This document shows, in pieces, positions 1 to 8,868 of a stretch of DNA of 64,000 nucleotides. Every line of letters begins with the position of its first letter. Within the stretch, counting starts at the first letter, position 1. This DNA comes from Candidatus Peribacteraceae bacterium (GTDB taxonomy: Bacteria > Patescibacteriota > Gracilibacteria > Peribacterales > Peribacteraceae): NCBI GenBank assembly GCA_028711345.1, contig JAQTSK010000001.1:11961-75960 (forward strand). Direction: 5' to 3'. The notes beneath the pieces are model-generated. The model saw only the letters and a list, made by a program, of their open reading frames with translations. It was not told where the DNA came from and did not search any database. The translations under genes and the position numbers were made by a program.

Positions 1-918
1 AAGGCGAAGAGGGTGACGTGCATGTGCCACCGGAATCCGGACGGTGATGCGCTGGGAGCCATCACAGGGGCCGCGCAGTTGGTCGAGGCGAACTTCCCCG
101 GCGTGATCGTATCGCTTGCATGCGTGGATCCGGTTCCGCCGACGTTCTCCTTTCTCCCCTTCGCACAACGTGTGCTGGCGGAGATCAATCCGACGGATGG
201 GGACGTCTTCATCTTCGTCGATGCAGCGGAGCCGAAACTCACCGAGTATCACGAGCGTTTTCCTCAGATCTTCGGCGGAGCGTGGCCGTCCGTCTGCTTC
301 GATCACCACCCGACAAATACGCAGTTCGCAGCGGTGAACATCGTCGTGCCGGACGCTTCCTCCACCTGCGAGGTGCTGGTCGATTTCGCGGATCTGGCAG
401 GATGGCAGCTGACACCGGACATCGCCACGTCGCTCCTCACCGGTGTCTACACCGATACGGGCGGTCTTCTCCACAGCAATACGACGGCTCGCGTGTATCG
501 AACCGTGGCTCGATTGCTTCGGTCAGGAGCTGCGCAGCGCATGATCGTTACCCACGTGTTCCGCACGGCCAAGCTCTCGACGCTTCGGCTCTGGGGGCGC
601 GTACTGGAGAAGATCGGGGTGACGCAGGAACGAGGTGCCATTTCCGCACTGACTGAAGAAGATTTCCGCGCGACGGGAGCCGAGTATTCCGAACTGACGG
701 GTGCCATCGATTACGTCAACGCGATTCCCGGCATGCGTTTCTCACTGATTCTGTCGGAGAGAGGAGGAAAGGTGAAAGGCTCGCTCCGTACGTTGCGTGA
801 TGATGTGGATGTTTCGAAAATGGCCGCGACGTTCCAAGGCGGCGGACACCGGAAAGCGGCCGGCTTCGCGCTCCAAGGGAAACTGAAGCCGGAAGTCAGA
901 TGGAAGGTGGAGCAGTGA
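1..918 (+). CDS. DHH/DHHA1 family phosphoesterase (NrnA-like oligoribonuclease/pAp phosphatase); 5' end probably outside window
   Basis: Motifs HRNPDGDALGA, FDHH and GGGHRKAAGF occur in canonical order. The frame is open back to base 1. Confidence 0.7.
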   Translation, partial: KAKRVTCMCHRNPDGDALGAITGAAQLVEANFPGVIVSLACVDPVPPTFSFLPFAQRVLAEINPTDGDVFIFVDAAEPKLTEYHERFPQIFGGAWPSVCFDHHPTNTQFAAVNIVVPDASSTCEVLVDFADLAGWQLTPDIATSLLTGVYTDTGGLLHSNTTARVYRTVARLLRSGAAQRMIVTHVFRTAKLSTLRLWGRVLEKIGVTQERGAISALTEEDFRATGAEYSELTGAIDYVNAIPGMRFSLILSERGGKVKGSLRTLRDDVDVSKMAATFQGGGHRKAAGFALQGKLKPEVRWKVEQ

Positions 919-932
919 GGTTGTAAGTTTAT

Positions 933-991
933 GGTTGCTGGTTTTTGGTTTGGCTGCTGAACCAGAAACTAAAAACTATTAACCAGAAACC
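933..991. terminator. Imperfect hairpin built from GGTTKYT words and their complement, between convergent genes
   Basis: ggttgctggtttttggtttgg faces aaccagaaactaaaaactattaaccagaaacc between the stop at 918 and the stop at 1027. Confidence 0.5.
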
Positions 992-1026
992 ATGTGGATT
1001 TTATTCAGTGTCTCCGACCTAGGTTC

Positions 1027-2973
1027 TTATTTGCTTTCCTCTTTCTTCTCCGCCGCCCGTTCTTTCTCCTCTTTCCGCTTCTTCATCACTTCCTCCGGCT
1101 TCGTGGTGATGATCTTGTGTTCGTTCGGACTGCTGACCACTTGGATGGCGACGTGCGTGTTACCAGCAAACAGGAGACCTTGGCCAACGCCCGAGTTTAA
1201 CAGCAGGTACTTCTCGCCTTCAGTCAAGTAGAAGAGTTTCGCGAGGTTATCCACGCTCGCCGCCGATTGCTTGAGGAGCATCTGCAGCGACGTGTTGGAG
1301 ATCATCGGTCTGCCGTACGGCGAGTTGATGAAGTCGTCGACGTCCTGCGTGATGGTCGTGATGCCGAGGTAGTACTTGCGGGCTCGCTTGATGAGTCCGT
1401 AGAGGAACTGCGCCGAATCCTCGTACTGCATGAGGTTCCATGCTTCGTCGATGACGAGGATGCGCTTGCGCATGTCGGCACGGACGCGGTTCCAGAGGAA
1501 GTTTAAGACCACGAAGATCGCAATGGGTCTCAGGACATCTTCCAAGTCACGGATCTGGAACACGACCATTTCTTTATCGAGTTCGATGTTCGTCGGCCGG
1601 TCGAAGAGTCCCGAGAAACTTCCTTTCGTATACTTTTGGAGCGTCTGTGCCATGGATTCTCCTCCATCAGTGGTCATCAGCACATCGATGAGATCCGGCA
1701 GCACGGGCGGTTCCATCTTCGTCGGATCCGGCGTCTGCAGCGTGATGCCTTTCAGCGCGTAGGTATCCAGAATGGCTTTATCCAGCACACCTTCCTCCGA
1801 CGGCGTGATGGTTCCGAGCATGAGTTTAAAGAGACCGTGGAGGTTGATGACCGCACTCCGTACGATCTCCCCTGTTTCCGCATCGTCGCCGCGGACGGCC
1901 AGAGGCAGGTCGAACGGATTGATCCGATGCGAACTTTGCAGGGAGATGGGAATCATCGTCCCTCCGACCGTGGAGCAGAGGTCGACGTATTCGTTTTCCG
2001 GATCGATGACATAGGCCTGAACGCCCTGAATGAGCGACCGGAGAATTTCCAGTTTCACCACGTAGGATTTACCCGCACCGGATGTGGCGAAGACGTTGGA
2101 GTTCGCGTTGGGAAGATCGAACCGGTCGAAGATAATCAGCGAATCATTGTGCCGGTTGATGCCGTACAGGATGCCGTGATCGTCGGTCAGGTCGGAGGAG
2201 CTGAACGGGAAGCTGGTCGCGATGGCCTGCGTGTTCATGTTTCTGTTGAAATCCAGTTCGTCCAAGCAATAGGGGAGGCAGCTGGTCCAGCCGTGTTCCA
2301 TCTGGAAGGCGGCAGGTTTCGTCAGAATGAGCTTGCCGCCGAGGATGGCCTCCACATCCGTCTGCACTTTCTTGAGCTTGGTTTCATTTTCCGCGTACAG
2401 CGTGAAGTAGAAGCCGAGCTGGAAGAGCTTTTCCGATCCGCGCGCGAGCAGGTCCCGCAGTTCCTCCGCGTCCTGCAGTGCGGCCTCCAGCGCAGGGTCT
2501 CGGACGATGCCGCGTTGCTGGAGCATGCGGATGGAGCTGCGCATTTCGGCAACTTTCTTCCGGAGCATCTTCAAAATCACCCTGTTGGATGCCGGATAGA
2601 TGAACATGGAGATGTCGATTTGGATGTCGAAGTTGATGAGCTGACTGAGCCAGTTCGGGTAGATCTGGGACGGCCAGTTGAATGCGTAGAAGCTCCGGGC
2701 AACCAGCTGGTCGTTGAGCTGGATCAGGCTTCTGTCAAACCGGAGTCCCGCAGGGGCGATCACGTCCAGAAGCTTCTGCAGACCCTCTTCATAGCGTTTC
2801 ACGACGTCTTTTTCCTCATGGGAAAATCCCGCGTTATCATCGACGTCCTTCTCCTTTCTTTTGATGATCGCTTCGATGGTTCGATGCAGTCCCAGCAGTT
2901 CATCGAGAACCCCGAGGAGTTTTCCCGCCACCGGCGAGACGGGTTTCGGTTGGACTGGAGCGGTTGAAGGCAT
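1027..2973 (-). CDS. VirB4/TraC-like type IV secretion ATPase
   Basis: Walker A is ATSGAGKSY and Walker B is RILVIDEAWNLM. Size and layout are typical of VirB4/TrbE. Confidence 0.7.
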   Translation of the reverse strand: MPSTAPVQPKPVSPVAGKLLGVLDELLGLHRTIEAIIKRKEKDVDDNAGFSHEEKDVVKRYEEGLQKLLDVIAPAGLRFDRSLIQLNDQLVARSFYAFNWPSQIYPNWLSQLINFDIQIDISMFIYPASNRVILKMLRKKVAEMRSSIRMLQQRGIVRDPALEAALQDAEELRDLLARGSEKLFQLGFYFTLYAENETKLKKVQTDVEAILGGKLILTKPAAFQMEHGWTSCLPYCLDELDFNRNMNTQAIATSFPFSSSDLTDDHGILYGINRHNDSLIIFDRFDLPNANSNVFATSGAGKSYVVKLEILRSLIQGVQAYVIDPENEYVDLCSTVGGTMIPISLQSSHRINPFDLPLAVRGDDAETGEIVRSAVINLHGLFKLMLGTITPSEEGVLDKAILDTYALKGITLQTPDPTKMEPPVLPDLIDVLMTTDGGESMAQTLQKYTKGSFSGLFDRPTNIELDKEMVVFQIRDLEDVLRPIAIFVVLNFLWNRVRADMRKRILVIDEAWNLMQYEDSAQFLYGLIKRARKYYLGITTITQDVDDFINSPYGRPMISNTSLQMLLKQSAASVDNLAKLFYLTEGEKYLLLNSGVGQGLLFAGNTHVAIQVVSSPNEHKIITTKPEEVMKKRKEEKERAAEKKEESK

Positions 2974-3066
2974 CAGGACAGTATAGCACAGAGGCTTATG
3001 GAAGCCAAGAGCCTTGCCGGTAATTCCTCAGGGCGATCTGAGCTTGTCGAAGGGAGAGCCGCAACG

Positions 3067-3094
3067 GCGGCGATTTTCCGAATCGCCGCTACGG
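3067..3094. repeat. Partial copy of a REP-like palindrome (GCGGCGATT-N-AATCGCCGC-TACGG)
   Basis: The same palindrome plus TACGG recurs at 11191-11220, 12470-12497 and 44912-44938. Confidence 0.6.
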
Positions 3095-3101
3095 AGATGG
3101 A

Positions 3102-4478
3102 TTACGGAATGACAAAACCTATCGCCCAGAGCGACAACGACGTCTGGAGAATCGTCATCGAGAGGATGACTATGAACAGCCATCTTTTCGAAGTCGTCAT
3201 CCATGCTGCGATCATCATCACGAACGGCATGAGAAAAATCCAATGCCGTACGGCTTCTCCGCGGATCAAGCCGAGAATGTCCAAGAGGAGGACTGCTGTC
3301 ACTGTGCCGATCACGAGCGCGATTGCGTTTGGCGGCAGCTCCGCGAATTTCTTGCCCCTCCGCGATGAAGAGCGATGAACGAATAAGCGTGTGATCGAAA
3401 CAATTGCGAGAAGGAAGACGAGTGACGGGAGGATTCCCGCACCCATGAAAAAATCCTTGAGATTCGGGATGAGCCACCGGACGTAGGGTCTATCGGCTTC
3501 GTTGAACGACATACCCATCTTCGCAACGTTGTGCAGTGCCGCGAATAAGTCGAACCCTGTCAGAATACGCAGCGTGAGTAAGCCGATGATCATGGTGCCG
3601 ATTGCGGTCAGTCCGGTTGTCCGGAGTTGCTTCCATCGGATCTTCCCGGTCTGCAACTCGTCACCGATGACGAAGACGCCCGTACTGATCAGAATGAACG
3701 GTGTTGGCTCGAAGAGGATCAGTATCAGAGCGGCAAGACCGGCTCCCATAGCCGTGAATTTGTTATTCCGATGCGCTGCAATCAGTGAGAGCAGGAACAC
3801 AGTGAGGGCGATCACCGGCGTCACCGTATTGAGAATCGGCATGAATCCGACGAACGCCGGCATCACGAGAGAGAGGATCATTGCTCTGAGAGCGATTCTT
3901 TTGGAGAAGCCGGCTTCACACATGAGAGCGTATGTGATCGGTCCGATAAGGCATGCCAAAGCGACGAGCATGAACCCCATCGCTTGTGACGATGTCGTGA
4001 ATATCCTGAGTGCGTGGAACAGGAGAATCTTCCCCGGCATGTTGCCGGCCGGATGCATGGACAATTCCGAGAGAACAGGATAATTGTTGAGCACAGTGAG
4101 AGGGCCGTATCTCAATGATGCCGCGAAGTAGCCATTGCTCACATCGCTTTCGATGATCGATGACAAGTTGAAGCGGGCCGACTGTCTGAGCAGCAGTGCC
4201 AATGCCATCCCCGTGATCCACCACGTGGCGACACATGTTTTTTCCCGGCGCTCAATGAAGCGGTCCGTTATCAGAAATATCAGTATGCTCAGCATTGCAG
4301 CGGGTACGGCGCTTGCGAGAGGATTGACAAGGATATCGGGAAGCAATGGATATACCCAGTTACCCTCAACGGAGCCGTAGGAGAAGAACCACCTGAGAGA
4401 CACGCGTGCATTGTAGATGATATGACTCCGTTGAGATGGAGATTTACTCCTCACAGATTCGATGGCGTACGAGTGCAT
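3102..4478 (-). CDS. Polytopic membrane protein (function unknown; upstream of VirB4)
   Basis: Many hydrophobic segments throughout. No catalytic motif recognised. Confidence 0.45.
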   Translation of the reverse strand: MHSYAIESVRSKSPSQRSHIIYNARVSLRWFFSYGSVEGNWVYPLLPDILVNPLASAVPAAMLSILIFLITDRFIERREKTCVATWWITGMALALLLRQSARFNLSSIIESDVSNGYFAASLRYGPLTVLNNYPVLSELSMHPAGNMPGKILLFHALRIFTTSSQAMGFMLVALACLIGPITYALMCEAGFSKRIALRAMILSLVMPAFVGFMPILNTVTPVIALTVFLLSLIAAHRNNKFTAMGAGLAALILILFEPTPFILISTGVFVIGDELQTGKIRWKQLRTTGLTAIGTMIIGLLTLRILTGFDLFAALHNVAKMGMSFNEADRPYVRWLIPNLKDFFMGAGILPSLVFLLAIVSITRLFVHRSSSRRGKKFAELPPNAIALVIGTVTAVLLLDILGLIRGEAVRHWIFLMPFVMMIAAWMTTSKRWLFIVILSMTILQTSLSLWAIGFVIP

Positions 4479-4508
4479 CTTTCCACACGTCCTTTTCTCC
4501 GCATATTC

Positions 4509-5393
4509 TCACCTTTCTTGTTTAAACAGCGCATCAAACTCCTCAGATTCGTTTCTAGTCCTGCTCGGACTGACACTCTTCCTCTGGATTATTTTCAAAT
4601 CCTCGATGCCGGGGACATCGACGACTTTCATGCCGGAGATCAGGATTTCCCTGTTCTGTTGAATGGCCAGAATCTTCTCGCCGAACAGCGTCAGAAGCTT
4701 GTCCAAAGTACGCAGCAGTTCTGTCAGCTCACGGAGTTTCAGATCGCTTTCCGCCAAAGCCTGCTCGGCTTCCAGGAGAATTTTCTGTTTCTCACCGGCT
4801 TCACTGAACGCCTTGTCATCCAACGCCTTTCTGAGGTCGCGCTCTGCGGTATTCTTTGCTCGTTCATGCTCCCGATTCAGATTTTTCAGTTCATCAGCGG
4901 CTGCGAGCACCTGCTTGTAGCGGTCATTGGCTTTCGTGGCGACATTGCTGAGTGCATCCGCATAGAGGTCCAGTGAGCGCTGGCGATCCGGGCTGCGGTT
5001 GAGCAGATCGGCGACATCCACCTGAAGTGCATCGGCAAAGGCTTGAAGCAGGTCGTAGTCCGGATCGGAGACGTTTCCCTGCGTTTCCATGATATGAGAC
5101 TGTACGCCGACGCCGAGGAGCGCCCCTTCAACGCCCTGTGCGGCTGCGGACAGAGCAATGTACTCGGAGACGAATAAACCGAGTAATGCCGCACTCCTTG
5201 CCATCATCGGTGGCGGGGCGTTATTGATGATACGGTCGATGGTTTGCACGGCACTTCGACCGCCACCGACACTGACGGATGTTTTTGGTCCTTGCACCGA
5301 GCAGGCGCTATTGATGATCATCATTACCGCACAAACGAGCATTGCAGTCCTTGTGCGAAATCTCGATCTCTGTTTGGGAAGAATTGGTCTCAC
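4509..5393 (-). CDS. Putative lipoprotein with long coiled-coil region
   Basis: N-terminal hydrophobic stretch ends in the lipobox-like IINSAC. The C-terminal half is rich in heptad-like charged residues. Confidence 0.4.
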   Translation of the reverse strand: MRPILPKQRSRFRTRTAMLVCAVMMIINSACSVQGPKTSVSVGGGRSAVQTIDRIINNAPPPMMARSAALLGLFVSEYIALSAAAQGVEGALLGVGVQSHIMETQGNVSDPDYDLLQAFADALQVDVADLLNRSPDRQRSLDLYADALSNVATKANDRYKQVLAAADELKNLNREHERAKNTAERDLRKALDDKAFSEAGEKQKILLEAEQALAESDLKLRELTELLRTLDKLLTLFGEKILAIQQNREILISGMKVVDVPGIEDLKIIQRKSVSPSRTRNESEEFDALFKQER

Positions 5394-5487
5394 AAGATAT
5401 ATTATACACTATTTTAAAAATAAATAAAATATCTTCTTCTTGTTAAGCAGAAGAGCAAACACTCTTGTTCACAAATTATTAACAGAG

Positions 5488-5496
5488 TTATCCACA
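5488..5496 (+). promoter_or_regulatory. Perfect DnaA-box consensus TTATCCACA in an AT-rich divergent intergenic region
   Basis: Exact 9-mer match. A 2-mismatch box TTGTTCACA lies at 5465-5473 and an AT-rich tract at about 5396-5435. Confidence 0.3.
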
Positions 5497-5663
5497 GGAT
5501 GGATAGAAAATGTGAGCAAAATCGGGTGTACGATCGTGCATAAATTATTTGTTCAAAAGCATGGGAGAACACGAAGAAAAAGAGTGATCAAGATCAAATT
5601 ATTGTTTCGACTATACATTCGAATTACACGGTATACATTAGCGCTGTTTCTTGTTCATCTCCT

Positions 5664-7364
5664 GTGTTCGATCTCCAGAATAAATTATCGGGTATCTGTG
5701 AAGCGGAAATGAAGAAGAAATTTGGCATATCGACAACTATCCACTTCAGTTTCTCACTGGATAAAGGTCGAGGTGACTTAACAACTTCCGCCGCGCTGTC
5801 CCTTGCGAAGCAGCTGAAGCAATCTCCGCAGGACGTTGCGAAGACCATCGCTCAGGCACTCAAGTCCGTTGACGGCGTGGAAAATGTGTCGATTGCCGGT
5901 CCGGGGTTTGTGAATGTGATGCTGGCACCTGCGACATTGTCCGGTGAACTTCCGTCGACACTTCTTGTGTGCAGCCCCCAGAAGAACACAAAGAAAACAT
6001 CGCCGGTTATCATTGATTACTCTGCGCCGAACGTTGCGAAGCCGCTCGGGATTCATCACATTCTCAGCACGGTCATCGGTCAGTCTCTGGCGAATCTCTA
6101 TCGTCATCTCGGATTTGACACTGTCTCGATCAATCATCTCGGAGACTGGGGGACGCAGTTCGGGAAACTGGCGGTCGCGTACGAACGATGGGGGACGAAG
6201 AAGGTCGAAGAGCATTCCATCGATGAGTTGCTGGCGCTCTACGTCAAATTTCACGATGAACTGGCGACGGATGCTTCGCTCGAAACAGAGGGCAGGGCGG
6301 CATTTGCCAAACTTGAGCAAGGAGATACGACGCTGCGGGAGTTCTGGAAGAGTGTCGTAGGCATCACGATGCGGTCTCTCGATCATCTGTATGAGCGTCT
6401 GCATATTCATTTCGATCACACGCATGGTGAGAGTTTCTATGAAGACAAGATGGCCACAATCGTGAAAGAGGGCAAAAAGAAGGGGGTATTTCTTCCCGGC
6501 GAAGGCGGAGGGTTGATTGTCCGATTCCCTGAGACCGACAAGCTGCCGACGCTCATCGCACTCAAGGCTGACGGCTCGACCATCTACCTGACGCGTGATC
6601 TGGCGACTGCGCGGTATCGCATCGACACATGGCACCCGCAGTCCATTCTGTATGTGGTTGATGTCGCGCAGCAGCTCTATTTCAAGCAGCTGTTCGCCAC
6701 TCTCGGCCAACTGGGGTGGGAGCTGCCGCATCTCGAGCACGTACTCTTCGGCCGCATGCGGTTCGCCGATAAGGACATGAGTACGAGGAAGGGGAATATT
6801 CTCAAGCTGGAAGCCGCATTGGATGAAGCACTCCTTCGTGCGAAAACTATCATCAGCGAACGCGGCGAGAAGATCCAGACGGATGATCCGGACGGATTGG
6901 CGGAAATGATGGGAGTGGGTGCATTGGTCTACGGCATTCTCAGCCAAAACAGGAAGATGGACATGGTGTTCGACTGGAAGAAGATGCTCTCGTTCGAAGG
7001 GAACAGCGCGCCGTATCTGCAGTACACGCATGCCCGCGCCAAGTCAGTCCTGCGCAAGGGGGGAGAAGAGCATCCGGCTCTGACAGTTGCGACCTCGCTT
7101 TCCCCTGCCGAACGGCGGTTGACCAAACTCCTGCTGATGTTTGGCCAGACGCTGGAGGATGCGCGGAAGGATCATCTGCCGCACAAACTTACGAATTATC
7201 TCTACGACGTCTGTCAGGCATTCAACGCCTTCTACAACTCGGACGACATTCTCGGCGCGTCGGCGGAGCAGCGCGCCTTCCGGTTGGGCGTGACGTCGCT
7301 CACCGCACGTGTGCTGAAAACCGGCGCCGAGATTCTGACGCTCCGCGTTCCCGATCGCATGTAA
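5664..7364 (+). CDS. argS: Arginine--tRNA ligase
   Basis: Class I HIGH-like LGIHHILS and KMSK-like MSTRKG motifs, and a typical ArgS length. The listed start is GTG; ATG at 5709 is an alternative. Confidence 0.85.
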   Translation: MFDLQNKLSGICEAEMKKKFGISTTIHFSFSLDKGRGDLTTSAALSLAKQLKQSPQDVAKTIAQALKSVDGVENVSIAGPGFVNVMLAPATLSGELPSTLLVCSPQKNTKKTSPVIIDYSAPNVAKPLGIHHILSTVIGQSLANLYRHLGFDTVSINHLGDWGTQFGKLAVAYERWGTKKVEEHSIDELLALYVKFHDELATDASLETEGRAAFAKLEQGDTTLREFWKSVVGITMRSLDHLYERLHIHFDHTHGESFYEDKMATIVKEGKKKGVFLPGEGGGLIVRFPETDKLPTLIALKADGSTIYLTRDLATARYRIDTWHPQSILYVVDVAQQLYFKQLFATLGQLGWELPHLEHVLFGRMRFADKDMSTRKGNILKLEAALDEALLRAKTIISERGEKIQTDDPDGLAEMMGVGALVYGILSQNRKMDMVFDWKKMLSFEGNSAPYLQYTHARAKSVLRKGGEEHPALTVATSLSPAERRLTKLLLMFGQTLEDARKDHLPHKLTNYLYDVCQAFNAFYNSDDILGASAEQRAFRLGVTSLTARVLKTGAEILTLRVPDRM

Positions 7365-7396
7365 TTCTTTCTACTTCCCACTTTTCTCCCCGTCCC

Positions 7397-8824
7397 ATGT
7401 CCCGCACCACGCTGACGTTTTTCCTTCTTATCCTCTCGTTCGGCATTCTCTTCGCCGGATGCGGTCAGCCGGAACTGGAGCAGGGGTTCGAGGATTTCAC
7501 GTTCAGCGATACGGATCTGTCGAAAGTCCATACACTGACCGAGCAAACCGAATCGGAGGCTCCGGGGGTAGAAACGACGGGCGGGACGGGCGGGACGACG
7601 GGCTTGCCGGCATTCAGTATCGAACGCTCGTCATCGGGTGTCACCGTGCTCTCCGAAACAATCGATGTGAAACCGGATATCGAGAAGCAGCGTCTGTATG
7701 ACAATATCCGCTTGGCCGTGTCGGATCAGGGCGGCAATATCTACCGTGTGAACAATCCGTTTCTGAACGTGCGTCAGGGGATGGATGTCAATTCCGCACA
7801 GGTTACGCGATTGAATCAGGGTGACACCGTGACGGTTCTGGATGTTCCCAGTGCACAGTGGGCCAAGATCAAGCTGGCGGCAGAAACCGAGGGGTATGTG
7901 GCATTCCGGTATCTCGCCAAGCTGACGACGGAGCAGAGGCTTCCCGAGGAAAAGAAGCAGTTCGAGGGCAAGTATTTCGTCGATTACGCATTCCTCAATA
8001 TGCGGAAGGATCCTTCGACGCAGTCGGAAAAAATGGGTGAACTGCCCGGGCAGACCATCATCAAGCCGCTCTCCATGAACGGGGAGTGGGCACGAGTGGC
8101 GTACAACGGCAAGGAAGGATACGTTTCCACGCAGTATCTGAAGCCGTTCCAACCCGTATTCCTTGTTCGTGAGGAGGAGTATGCCCTGCCCATATTGCAG
8201 TACGCCGCGGATGATACGGCTGCGATGACGGCGCTCACCAAGCACGTTGCGTCACTGCGCACCGCAGGCAAGAAGATCGTCACGCTCAAATCTTTCTACG
8301 ATATGGTTTTGGGACAAGAGTCGCGGGATGTCCGCGTCAGTCCGGATGCCGTCGTCCTCCTCGTTACGGGGGTGAATGCGAAGAATCTCCGTCAAGTGAC
8401 CGATGCACTGCAGAGCGCGTCCGTCCCCGCGACGCTGTTCCTTCAGACGCGTGATCTGGGGCTGGCGGGGATTACGGAAAAAACGGTGTTGACGCTCCTT
8501 GCGAACGGGTATGAGTTGCAGTCGGCAGGACATACCGGCGATGATCTGCGTGGATTGACGGATTCGCAGGTGACTCTGGAGATCGGGCAGAGCAAGAAAC
8601 TGCTTGAGGAACTGACGCGTAAGGAAGTGTACGCGGTGGCATATCCGAGGAACGGCGTGAATGACCGGATTGTGAAAGAGGCGCAGACGCTGGGATACCT
8701 GTTCGGCGTCACTGACAGTCCGGATCTCAGGTTTTCCCGAAGCCAATTCCTGCGCCTTCCGTCCATCGCCGTCGTCGGCGGCATGACCGCGGACGCAGTC
8801 GTGAAGACAGTGAGCGGGAGATAG
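7397..8824 (+). CDS. Lipoprotein with two SH3b-like domains and a C-terminal polysaccharide-deacetylase-like domain
   Basis: Lipobox LFAGC. There are two NVRxxxxxxS...G..V.V......WAKI/WARV SH3b-like segments. The C-terminal similarity to the NodB fold is weak. Confidence 0.45.
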   Translation: MSRTTLTFFLLILSFGILFAGCGQPELEQGFEDFTFSDTDLSKVHTLTEQTESEAPGVETTGGTGGTTGLPAFSIERSSSGVTVLSETIDVKPDIEKQRLYDNIRLAVSDQGGNIYRVNNPFLNVRQGMDVNSAQVTRLNQGDTVTVLDVPSAQWAKIKLAAETEGYVAFRYLAKLTTEQRLPEEKKQFEGKYFVDYAFLNMRKDPSTQSEKMGELPGQTIIKPLSMNGEWARVAYNGKEGYVSTQYLKPFQPVFLVREEEYALPILQYAADDTAAMTALTKHVASLRTAGKKIVTLKSFYDMVLGQESRDVRVSPDAVVLLVTGVNAKNLRQVTDALQSASVPATLFLQTRDLGLAGITEKTVLTLLANGYELQSAGHTGDDLRGLTDSQVTLEIGQSKKLLEELTRKEVYAVAYPRNGVNDRIVKEAQTLGYLFGVTDSPDLRFSRSQFLRLPSIAVVGGMTADAVVKTVSGR

Positions 8825-8868
8825 TGTGTTCGTATCAGCGGAGAGCGGAGGATGGGGGTCTTCCGCTC

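Noticed and set aside
1636-2967. 443-aa plus-strand ORF
   Set aside because: It is fully antisense to the VirB4 gene, which has clear Walker motifs. It has an Arg/Gly/Val-rich shadow composition and no motifs.
5394-5663. T-box or other riboswitch leader upstream of argS
   Set aside because: I could not find a specifier-loop/T-box (AGGGTGGNACCGCG-like) sequence or a terminator/antiterminator pair. The region is simply AT-rich.
5778-7031. 417-aa minus-strand ORF
   Set aside because: It is antisense to argS. This is a typical GC-rich shadow ORF.
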